The notes under the pieces: generated by a model
Told to the model about the DNA's origin: nothing
Database searches by the model: none
The model's input: the letters and a program-made list of their open reading frames with translations, nothing else
Position numbers and translations under genes: made by a program
Origin: an uncultured Bacilli bacterium
GTDB lineage: Bacteria > Bacillota_I > Bacilli_A > RF39 > UBA660
Direction of reading: 5' to 3'
Length of the DNA stretch: 64,000 bases
NCBI GenBank assembly: GCA_934140575.1
Contig: CAKPBJ010000004.1
Coordinates: 33,274-97,273, forward strand
Part shown: positions 41,883 through 50,153 of the stretch, one piece after another
Numbering within the stretch: the first letter of the stretch is position 1
Layout of the letters: the number at the start of each line of letters is the position of its first letter

Positions 41883-43007
41883 GTGGCTAAAAGAAGAGAT
41901 TCGGCTTATATATACTTTGCATTTGTAATAGTATTTCTTCTCCTTAATCTTCTTGTGCTAAATATTAGTGCAAAATTACAATTGTTACCCATATTTATAA
42001 TTATATTTTTGTTAAGTTTTATCTTCTTCAAATTTAGAAAAGACAAAACTTATGCAAGAATTCGGGTAACTATTACAATGTTACTTATAGGAATTGTACA
42101 AATAGTTTTATATCTTTTAACCGGCTTTTTAGAGGGTTTTTCTAAGAATGCTATTAGTATGAGTTTTAACCGTTTTTTAACCGTTATTTTACCTATTATA
42201 TTAATATTAGTAGTTATTGAATTATTAAGATATATGATATCAGTAAAATTCGAAAAAAACAATTTAATAAGAATACTTAGTATTACTATGTTTGTACTAT
42301 TTGATGTGACTTTATTTGGCTCAAATGTGATTTTTAATAGTTTGGATTCTGTATTAGAATTTTTAGGAATAACGTTTTTTCCTAGTCTGGTAAGTAATAT
42401 TGTGTTTGATGATATGGTAGTTAAATATGGATATAAACCAATACTTGTTTATAGATTATTAACAACGTTATGTTATTACATGTTGCCTATCGTTCCTAAT
42501 ATGTATATTTTATTTAGGGCAATTGCAAGAATAGTTATTCCTCTTATTTTTTACTTCATATTATCTTATATGTATGATAGGGTAACGTTTCAAGAAGCAT
42601 TAAAGGTAAAGCCTAATATAAGTATTTCATCAATAATTATACTTATATTAGTAATTATTATGGCAGGTTTAATATCTTGCGAATTTAGATATGGTATTTT
42701 AACAATTGGAAGTGGTTCTATGACTGGAACTTTAAACAAAGGAGATATTGCTTTTGTCGAAAAATTTAATGGTCAGGAGTTAGAAATAGGTGACATTATT
42801 ATATTTAAACGAGGCAAAAGAAATATAGTCCATAGAATCACACAAGTTGGCATATTCAATGATGAATACGTTTATATAACAAAAGGAGATAAAAATAAAG
42901 TAGAAGATAATGGGTATGTTTATCAAAAGGATATTCAAGGTATAGTTCACTATAGGATAAAATATATTGGATACCCATCTATTTGGATAAGAAATTTATT
43001 TAATTAA
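41883..43007 (+). CDS. SipW-type (archaeal/ER-type) signal peptidase I fused to an N-terminal 8-TM domain
   Basis: The C-terminal roughly 110 aa read GSGSMTGTLNKGDIAFV...IVHRITQV...ITKGDKN, with the Ser and His of the SipW/Sec11-type catalytic dyad. The N-terminal roughly 250 aa contain 8 predicted TM helices and no His. The start is GTG after GGAGGAGG. Confidence 0.6.
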   Translation: MAKRRDSAYIYFAFVIVFLLLNLLVLNISAKLQLLPIFIIIFLLSFIFFKFRKDKTYARIRVTITMLLIGIVQIVLYLLTGFLEGFSKNAISMSFNRFLTVILPIILILVVIELLRYMISVKFEKNNLIRILSITMFVLFDVTLFGSNVIFNSLDSVLEFLGITFFPSLVSNIVFDDMVVKYGYKPILVYRLLTTLCYYMLPIVPNMYILFRAIARIVIPLIFYFILSYMYDRVTFQEALKVKPNISISSIIILILVIIMAGLISCEFRYGILTIGSGSMTGTLNKGDIAFVEKFNGQELEIGDIIIFKRGKRNIVHRITQVGIFNDEYVYITKGDKNKVEDNGYVYQKDIQGIVHYRIKYIGYPSIWIRNLFN

Positions 43008-43038
43008 TGTAATTAAAATTTAAAAAGGAGGTAAAGTT

Positions 43039-44133
43039 ATGGACAGAAAACAAATAAACAAAGTTATGCAAGCAACAAAAAAAAGAACTAGAACTATTGC
43101 TATTTTGATATTTGTTGTAATAGCTGTTTTACTTGCAGCTATAAGCATAATTTTTATCTCTATAAATAGTGAGAAGAATTACTACATTCATTATGATGAA
43201 AAAAGTGATTTAGATTATAAGGTATATTTAAAAGAAAATGATTATTTTGGAAGATACCTAGGTAAAAACAATCAATATATTGCAAGCCTAATTGATTATG
43301 TGGAGGCAGATTTTAATTATAAATTATCAATCGATGAGAAAATTGATTATTCATATTATTATTACGTAGAAGCAACTGTTCAGGTTTTAGATACTAATGA
43401 TAAACCATTATATAAAAAGGTTGATAAAGTAGTTGAAAAACAATATTTCAAGGATCCTATTAATCATGCTTTTGAAATAGATCAAACTGTTAATTTGGAT
43501 TATAATTACTATAATAATATAGTAAATACGTTTATTAAGAGATATAACTTATCAAATGTTAAAAGTAATGTCACTTTAAGTATGTATGTTGGAATTGAAG
43601 GGGAATGTAAAAAATTTGATTCTTCTTTAGCAGACAACGCAGTTATTAGTATGAACGTCCCATTAACAACAAACACTGTTAATATTGACATGAATTATAA
43701 ATTAAATAATTCTACAAACAAGTTATTAAAATGTAGAGAAGAATCAGTATTAAATAATAAATTACTTATTTTAGGCATAGTTTTATTATTCATTGATTTA
43801 GGTGTTTTCGTAGGAACTATTAGATATTCAAAAAGAACTAGAAGCACTTTAACTATATATAATAAAAAACTAAAAAGTATTTTTAATAATTATGGTCAAT
43901 ATATATCTAAGATTAAAACGGAGTTTAAATATGAAAAATTTCAAATTGTATTAGTTGAAGAGTTTGAGGATTTATTTGAGGTAAGAAATTCAAGTAATTC
44001 ACCTATATTATTTTGTCAGGATGAAACAAAAACAAGAAGTGCCTTTGTTGTTCCAACAAATTCTGGACTAGTGTACATCTATTATTATTCAATTAGTAAT
44101 GTGATTGAGCAAGGATGCAAACATGAAAGTTAA
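43039..44133 (+). CDS. bitopic (2-TM) membrane protein of unknown function
   Basis: The 364-aa ORF has a TM helix near residues 20-42 and a second near 243-262, with a Tyr/Asp-rich extracytoplasmic domain between them. It overlaps the next gene. Confidence 0.5.
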   Translation: MDRKQINKVMQATKKRTRTIAILIFVVIAVLLAAISIIFISINSEKNYYIHYDEKSDLDYKVYLKENDYFGRYLGKNNQYIASLIDYVEADFNYKLSIDEKIDYSYYYYVEATVQVLDTNDKPLYKKVDKVVEKQYFKDPINHAFEIDQTVNLDYNYYNNIVNTFIKRYNLSNVKSNVTLSMYVGIEGECKKFDSSLADNAVISMNVPLTTNTVNIDMNYKLNNSTNKLLKCREESVLNNKLLILGIVLLFIDLGVFVGTIRYSKRTRSTLTIYNKKLKSIFNNYGQYISKIKTEFKYEKFQIVLVEEFEDLFEVRNSSNSPILFCQDETKTRSAFVVPTNSGLVYIYYYSISNVIEQGCKHES

Positions 44134-46492
44134 AGATAAATTTTTAAAGGCACGAAAAAAATATAGTGATAGTAAGAAGTGGGCAATTTTTCTTATATTA
44201 ACTATATTTTTATTGAATATAGGTTACGCAGCTTCAAAGGCCTCGCTTGAAATAAATGGTAGTGCGAGTGCTGTAAAAGTACCAGAATTATTTATCGAAG
44301 AAGTAAAAATAATTGACATAAACGGATGTTCACAAAATGAACTTCCCATAACAAATGGAACTACTTTGGATACTAATATAAATTTTCCTTCTAATGAATA
44401 TTCATATATAACATATCAGGTAACTATTGCAAATGGTACGGATTCTATTCAAAAGTATACAGGAGAAACTTATAATAGCGTTACATCAACTAAAAATGTT
44501 ATTAATTATGAACTTACGGATGGTCTTTCTTCCGGTGAGTATTTGTTTCCTGGGAATAGTGCAACATATACGTTAACTTATAAGTATAGAAACGGTGCAA
44601 GTACAGGTAATTATGATTTGAAAATGAACTTTAATTTTGAAGATTCCGGTAAGTTTTCTGCACTTTCATATACAAATAGTGTTGATTTAACTAATAAAAC
44701 TAAGGAAGCCGTAAAAATTAAGGTAATGAATAATGGAGATTCTGCAATCAATTATAATCTCAACATAGATAATACTAAATTTGAACTAACTGATATTAAT
44801 GGAAATTTTTTAAGTTCTCTTTCTATAAAAGCTCATACTGAAGAAGAAATAACTGTTTATATATCCAAAAAGCCAGATGTTACATATTACAAAACAGAAT
44901 ATGAAACAAACTTTAGTTTAAGTTATAATGATATTACACTAGATTTTGGAAAAATAAAAATAAAAACAAATACAACAAGTGGCTATGTTGATACAACACC
45001 TCCTCAAATAGGGGCAGTATCAGTTGATATCGTATATGAAGTCGGATCAATTGATGTTACTTGGTCTAATTTAGATAATAAAAATGAGGCTCCAGTAACT
45101 AATTATGTTGTTTTACTTTATAATGATTCGGGAACTCTTGTTACAACCGGAAACACTGGTAATTCAGATACCACCTATAGATTTAAAAATCAAGCACAAG
45201 GAAATTATTATGCTGTAGTTTATGGTATAGACGAAGCTGAAAATTCAGGAGAAACTTATGTTTCAGTTTCTTCAACATCAACAACCAATGCAAGAAAATC
45301 TGTTACAAAAGAAATGAGATGGAAAAGAACAATAACATATAATGTTACAAATATTAATGTTACAGGACCTAATGAGGCTAATTTAGGTGAGTCATTTACA
45401 GCTACATTAAAACCGAATAATAACTATAAATATAATTCTGTTCCTTCAGTTACGTCAGACGGTAAAACTTTTAAAGATTATTCAACGGATGCTAATAAAT
45501 ATACTATAACAATAAATCAGGTGACAGGTGATTTAGTTATTAATGCAACAGCAGCAAGAAATGCTTGCCTTGCTAAAGGAACAAAAATATTACTTGCAAA
45601 TGGCAAATATAAGAACATAGAAAATATTAGATATGATGATTTACTAATGGTATATAATCATGAAAATGGTACATTTACTCCTGAATATCCTATTTGGATT
45701 GAAAAAGGTAATTTGTCTAGTAATTATCAAGTAATAACATTTAGTGATGGTACTTCTTTAACAACGATTGATAAACATTCTTTATTTAGTGTTGATGATA
45801 ATAGATATGTTGATGTAACAGATGAAAATACATTTCACGTTGGAACTAACATATTAAAAACAGTAAAATCTAAGAGAGGTTACAAGCTCAAAAGTGTTTC
45901 TGTAACTAATATAGAAAAGGTAAATAAATCGATTGATTATTATGACGTTGTATCAACAAGATACTATGATATAATTGCAAACGATGTATTAACATCAGAT
46001 GGAAGAACAGGACTAGTTAATTTTTATGAATTTAAGGAAAATGCTGTTTGGTCTTCAAGAAGACAAGAAGTTATAAAGAATAATACATTCTTAAACTATG
46101 AAGATTATAAATTTATTCCGTATTACTTGTTCCATGGCTTAAGAGCACAAGATGGAGCGGTTATAATTAAGTATAATTATATGACTAAAGAAGAATTTGA
46201 ATCTGTGTTTACCGATTTATTATTAAATAAAGAAATGGTATTAGATCCAATAACTAAAAACAAAAAAAGATATTGGATGGTAACAACATCAGATGATAAA
46301 GTAACAAGTAAAAATAAAGGAAAATATTTACTGAAAGAAAATAGTTATTATACGTTAGAAAAACCTAAGAAAACGAAAGATTTCAAAGGTTGGTATAATA
46401 CTGGCGATGGGAAAATTTATAAACCTGGTAGTAAGGTAAAGATATATCATGGTACACATTTTGTTGCATCATATAAAAAAATTAGCTCATAA
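44123..46492 (+). CDS. large secreted multidomain protein (SipW-cognate-type signal, FN3-like, Hint/intein-like domain, C-terminal Flg_new-like repeat)
   Basis: The start is taken at ATG 44123, with AAGGA 6 nt upstream. The signal ends NIGYAASKASLEINGSASAV, which parallels gene 41320. An FN3-like segment is present (DVTWSNL...YRFKNQAQGNYYAVVYGIDEAENSG). The Hint N-terminus reads CLAKGTKILLANGKYKNIENIRYDDLL and the Hint C-terminal block reads YYDIIANDVLTSDG. The C-terminus, FKGWYNTGDGKIYKPGSKVKIYHGTHFVASYK, resembles a Listeria-Bacteroides repeat. Confidence 0.6.
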   Translation: MKVKDKFLKARKKYSDSKKWAIFLILTIFLLNIGYAASKASLEINGSASAVKVPELFIEEVKIIDINGCSQNELPITNGTTLDTNINFPSNEYSYITYQVTIANGTDSIQKYTGETYNSVTSTKNVINYELTDGLSSGEYLFPGNSATYTLTYKYRNGASTGNYDLKMNFNFEDSGKFSALSYTNSVDLTNKTKEAVKIKVMNNGDSAINYNLNIDNTKFELTDINGNFLSSLSIKAHTEEEITVYISKKPDVTYYKTEYETNFSLSYNDITLDFGKIKIKTNTTSGYVDTTPPQIGAVSVDIVYEVGSIDVTWSNLDNKNEAPVTNYVVLLYNDSGTLVTTGNTGNSDTTYRFKNQAQGNYYAVVYGIDEAENSGETYVSVSSTSTTNARKSVTKEMRWKRTITYNVTNINVTGPNEANLGESFTATLKPNNNYKYNSVPSVTSDGKTFKDYSTDANKYTITINQVTGDLVINATAARNACLAKGTKILLANGKYKNIENIRYDDLLMVYNHENGTFTPEYPIWIEKGNLSSNYQVITFSDGTSLTTIDKHSLFSVDDNRYVDVTDENTFHVGTNILKTVKSKRGYKLKSVSVTNIEKVNKSIDYYDVVSTRYYDIIANDVLTSDGRTGLVNFYEFKENAVWSSRRQEVIKNNTFLNYEDYKFIPYYLFHGLRAQDGAVIIKYNYMTKEEFESVFTDLLLNKEMVLDPITKNKKRYWMVTTSDDKVTSKNKGKYLLKENSYYTLEKPKKTKDFKGWYNTGDGKIYKPGSKVKIYHGTHFVASYKKISS

Positions 46493-46513
46493 CTACATGA
46501 GCTAATTTTTTTT
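46481..46513. terminator. bidirectional rho-independent terminator
   Basis: ATTAGCTCAT aacta CATGAGCTAAT forms a 10-bp stem followed by TTTTTTTT on the plus strand and an A-run before it. It overlaps the stop of gene 44123-46492. Confidence 0.75.
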
Positions 46514-46531
46514 ATAGATCAAATAGAAAAA

Positions 46532-46885
46532 TTATTCTTTAATTATATATTTTATTACTTCTTCTATGCTTTTCTTTGTTCCATTAGTATTGTAATATAT
46601 TAAAACAGTATCAATAGCAAGTTGTAGCATATTAAAATATATTGTAATCTCACGCTCTTTAGCAGTGTCTTTATATTCATTAATATATTTTTCAAATATC
46701 TTTTTATCTTCATTTGAAAGTGGTTTTATTTCAAAATTATATTTCTTTTCTTTTTTTGCAAATTCAGGAATTATTATTTCTTCTTTTGTATCTTCTATTA
46801 CATTTTTTTGTTCTTCTTTTTGTTTTTTAATATCACTTATTTTGACTTTAAGGTGGTCATTTGCAGAATTCTCTTTTACTTTCAT
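46532..46885 (-). CDS. hypothetical K/E-rich protein with predicted C-terminal ribbon-helix-helix-like segment (ParG/omega-like?)
   Basis: The 117-aa ORF has a C-terminus (REITIYFNMLQLAIDTVLIYYNTNGTKKSIEEVIKYIIKE) with a beta-alpha-alpha pattern. It lies immediately downstream of the ParA fragment, in the same frame, separated by one stop codon. Confidence 0.35.
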   Translation of the reverse strand: MKVKENSANDHLKVKISDIKKQKEEQKNVIEDTKEEIIIPEFAKKEKKYNFEIKPLSNEDKKIFEKYINEYKDTAKEREITIYFNMLQLAIDTVLIYYNTNGTKKSIEEVIKYIIKE

Positions 46886-46900
46886 TTCTGATACTATCTG

Positions 46901-47206
46901 TTATACTCTCTCCATTGCTATCTCTTGAATATTCATTAAGTGCTCATTAGTAGTGTTGTGTATAGAGATTTCTTTCTCTCTTTCAAATACTTTAACCTCA
47001 TCATTGCGTGTTTGTCCTCTACTTAAATCTTCTTCATTATACCAACCTGCATAAGTTGTTAGGTTACTTTGTGGATCAACATCTACAATTAAAACTTTTT
47101 TACATTGCTTTGCTAATGCTACTCCAAGATTAAAAGTTGTTGTTGTTTTACCAACTCCCTCTTTTTGGTTTGTAATAGCAATTACCTTACACCTACTTTC
47201 TTGCAT
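46901..47206 (-). pseudogene. ParA/Soj-family partition ATPase, N-terminal fragment (truncated)
   Basis: The 101-aa ORF has the deviant Walker A ([23 protein letters not shown]...[10 protein letters not shown]) but ends after about 100 aa, whereas full ParA proteins are about 200-260 aa. Confidence 0.6.
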
Positions 47207-47300
47207 ATATTCTCCTCCTTTCTTTTTAATTTAGCCACCATACAATTAAATAGAGTGGCTATGTATGGGTACAAAAAAAAACTGACTATTTCTAATCAGT

Positions 47301-47453
47301 TCAAATATATTTATTTAATTTTAATATAAGTTCATCAACAGGTTCTGTGTATCTGCCATGTTCTAATATTTTATTTCTAAATTCATTTAAAGCATTTAAT
47401 ACTATTTTTATTTCATTATTATAAGTCGGTAGTTTAATTTTTTTCTTTATCAT
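47301..47453 (-). CDS. small hypothetical protein (50 aa)
   Basis: This ORF is not in the ORF track. GGGAG lies 10 nt upstream of the ATG at 47453. The translation is MIKKKIKLPTYNNEIKIVLNALNEFRNKILEHGRYTEPVDELILKLNKYI, ending at TGA. Confidence 0.3.
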   Translation of the reverse strand: MIKKKIKLPTYNNEIKIVLNALNEFRNKILEHGRYTEPVDELILKLNKYI

Positions 47454-47536
47454 AATAATCAAACTCCCATTTGTTATTTATATTATATCAATATAATAAT
47501 ATTAAGTTAATTGTGCAATTATTATTGGGGACGAAT

Positions 47537-47557
47537 TGGGACGAATGAAAGTCACAA
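47537..47557 (+). repeat. 21-nt direct repeat, copy 2 (gggacgaatgaaagtcacaaa)
   Basis: This is identical to 40243-40263. It is preceded by a partial tandem copy (gggacgaatt). Confidence 0.8.
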
Positions 47558-47644
47558 AATCTATTTTAACATTCAGTATTATCTAGTCCATTTCGTTTTA
47601 TTTAGTCCTATTTTTGTGGATTTATCAACACTAGATAACATAGG

Positions 47645-47928
47645 AAAAGTGCTAACATCATAATAAGATACAAAATATTCTACTCTATTTTCAGGAAATA
47701 ATTCTTTTAATTCACTGTATAACTGGCCAGCAAGAGTCTTATTATGAGCAAGAACTAGAGTTGGCTTATTTGTTCTTGCAATTACATTAGCTATAGTGAA
47801 AGTTTTTCCTGTTCCAGTAGTGCCTAGTAAAACTTGTTTTTTCCTTCTTCTAATCCCTTTACTAGTTCGTTAATTGCCTGTGGTTAATCTCCATTTGGTT
47901 TATATTTTGAAACAAGTTTAAACATAAA
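47645..47928 (-). pseudogene. duplicated, decayed copy of the uvrB 5' end (codons 1 to about 93)
   Basis: The segment aligns to 39832-40106 (the real uvrB 5' end) and covers the start codon. Identity is about 96-97 percent over the first roughly 190 nt, then a 5-nt deletion, and the last roughly 40 nt are heavily diverged. The deletion breaks the frame. Confidence 0.8.
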
Positions 47929-48014
47929 TTACTTCTTTTTTTATTTATTTGTATTTTATCATTTTATATACATCAAAACAAGGAAACTATTTTTAGTTTC
48001 CTATATATTTTTTA

Positions 48015-49160
48015 TTAATAATTTTTATTTTCCTTTACCATTTTTTTGGGTTTTTCTTCATTTTCATCTTGCAAATTCTTTGGTTCAAAAGGTTTTAATT
48101 TACTAAAAAAATCATCTTCTATCAAAAAGGAATTTTTAGGATTAAATATTGGTTCATGGCTTGCGAAATCTTTACTTGATAAATGTAATCCTTGAACAAA
48201 AGAAGTTCCTATATCTCCATTAAAACAAATACTTCTTAAATGATTAGAAAAACCATTTGGATAATCATAGTGATTTGATGGTTCACTAGATATTACTCCA
48301 TTAGTTGTACATTTATCTATCTTATCAATAAACTCATAGGATACGTTATTTGTTTTCTCATGCAAAAGATCATTACTTTTTTTCATGCAAGAACTATAAA
48401 GATAAAGTCCAGCGGCTTGAATAGGGTTAAATTCTAATACATCAATATAACTTTGATTTTCAATTTGATATTCAAATAAATCTAAAACATAATAATCAGG
48501 AAATACTCCTTTAAGTTTTTCAACAATACTTTCTGCAAATTCTAATACTTCTGGCTCTATACTATGTAAAATAGTAGTTGTATTTCTAGAAATATTATAG
48601 ATTTCATTGTTAACTACAAAACATCGATATTCTTTTACACCATAATTATCCTCTTCAATATTAACTTTTTTACTAATAATAAAGTCATCTTCTAAATGAT
48701 GCATTAAAGTTTTGTGTAATGCGCATTCTTTATCTAAAAGTAACTTTACTGGAATAATAGCACTAAAGTTTTTAGTTTTAGTTTTAAAGAATATTTCTTT
48801 TCCATATACTTCTTCTATTTCTTTTACTATATCAGAGTTAATCAAATCTTTTCCTTTAAATATTTTACATTTTCTTTCTGTAGAGTAATAATTTGGCCAA
48901 CTTTTTACTATCTCAACATCATTATTTGACATGATAGGAATACCACCTTGTTTAATAATTTCATCATTCATATCATGTATTTGAGTTTCACCAGTTCTTG
49001 GAAATATTAGTTTAGACTTAATATCTATTATATTACCATCAAAATCAGTAAAAATTTTTAATTTATTATCATAAAGTATTCCATTTTGATTCATCTTAGA
49101 AATTGCCATTTCCCTTTTAGAATAATCCCATGGTAAAAGTTTATCAAAACAATATAACAT
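48015..49160 (-). CDS. ATP-grasp-fold domain protein (putative ligase)
   Basis: The 381-aa ORF has a central region (YRCFVVNNEIY ... YVLDLFEYQIENQSYIDVLEFNP) that resembles ATP-grasp nucleotide-binding motifs. Confidence 0.45.
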   Translation of the reverse strand: MLYCFDKLLPWDYSKREMAISKMNQNGILYDNKLKIFTDFDGNIIDIKSKLIFPRTGETQIHDMNDEIIKQGGIPIMSNNDVEIVKSWPNYYSTERKCKIFKGKDLINSDIVKEIEEVYGKEIFFKTKTKNFSAIIPVKLLLDKECALHKTLMHHLEDDFIISKKVNIEEDNYGVKEYRCFVVNNEIYNISRNTTTILHSIEPEVLEFAESIVEKLKGVFPDYYVLDLFEYQIENQSYIDVLEFNPIQAAGLYLYSSCMKKSNDLLHEKTNNVSYEFIDKIDKCTTNGVISSEPSNHYDYPNGFSNHLRSICFNGDIGTSFVQGLHLSSKDFASHEPIFNPKNSFLIEDDFFSKLKPFEPKNLQDENEEKPKKMVKENKNY

Positions 49161-49445
49161 AATGTCACCTCAAAATCATACTTATTATAAATCATTTTCA
49201 AAAAAATACAAAGAACTATTTTATTATTTTATAAGCTAATACGAGATTTTCATGATATTCTGAATTTTTTCTATGTCATTTGCTTTCTACTTCTTTTATA
49301 ATTTAATAACTTTACTTGTTGCGTGATTTAAATAAAAGTATGTTTACAGTTTTTTCTATTAGTAAATCACTTAAAGTACTAATAAAATTTTCTGCTAATT
49401 AAACTATATTTAGATTTTTTATTTTGCTTATAAACTTGTAATACA

Positions 49446-50087
49446 TTAATTGTTATCTTCAATTATAGTTCCACAATACTCACATTTTACTTTACTAAAT
49501 TTATTAAGTTCATTAATTGCACCACAATTTGGACAATTTATAGTCTTTTTTTCCAAACTAACTTTTCTTTTATCAATAGTATAATATGATATCGACTTAT
49601 CAACGTTATTTAATTTTATTCCATTTAATAAACCTTTTGAATAAAGATATGATATGTCATTATATATTTTATTTTTTGTCTCTTCAAGGTTATTAAATGT
49701 AGTTTTTGGGTATCTTACTGCTATTTCATCTATTTGTAAGTGTTGATAATAGATAAATTTTGAATATTCATTTAATAGTTTCTCATCACTTTCAGAACAA
49801 GGCCTTATTTTTTTAGTATTTACATCTATATAATAATCTCCAATTAATCTTTTGTTCTTTAGATAGCGAATTTTCATGACACATTCTTCTAATGTACAAT
49901 TACTCTCTTTAGCAATAATTTCTATATCATCATATTTTTTATTTATAATTAAATCATAAATTATTTCTAATTTCCTATTAAATTCATTATCCGTTGGCTC
50001 AGTTAAATTATAGTATTTAGCGTATTTTTTATATGATTCATCTGATATTTTTGCTTTTGTCTTTTTTATTAATTCTAGTAAGTTCAT
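49446..50087 (-). CDS. hypothetical protein with C-terminal zinc ribbon
   Basis: The 213-aa ORF has a C-terminal CPNCG...CEYCG zinc ribbon. Confidence 0.5.
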   Translation of the reverse strand: MNLLELIKKTKAKISDESYKKYAKYYNLTEPTDNEFNRKLEIIYDLIINKKYDDIEIIAKESNCTLEECVMKIRYLKNKRLIGDYYIDVNTKKIRPCSESDEKLLNEYSKFIYYQHLQIDEIAVRYPKTTFNNLEETKNKIYNDISYLYSKGLLNGIKLNNVDKSISYYTIDKRKVSLEKKTINCPNCGAINELNKFSKVKCEYCGTIIEDNN

Positions 50088-50153
50088 TTTCTTCTCCTTT
50101 TTTATTATAAATTTTTTGTATAAAACTTTCTGATTTATAATTTATCTTATTTT

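Noticed and set aside
46532-47206. A possible single parA gene of about 220 aa interrupted by one stop codon, since the ParA fragment and the 117-aa ORF share a frame.
   Set aside because: The downstream ORF has none of the ParA C-terminal motifs (Walker B hydrophobic-D, ParA helix regions). It is treated as a separate, RHH-like gene, and ParA as truncated.
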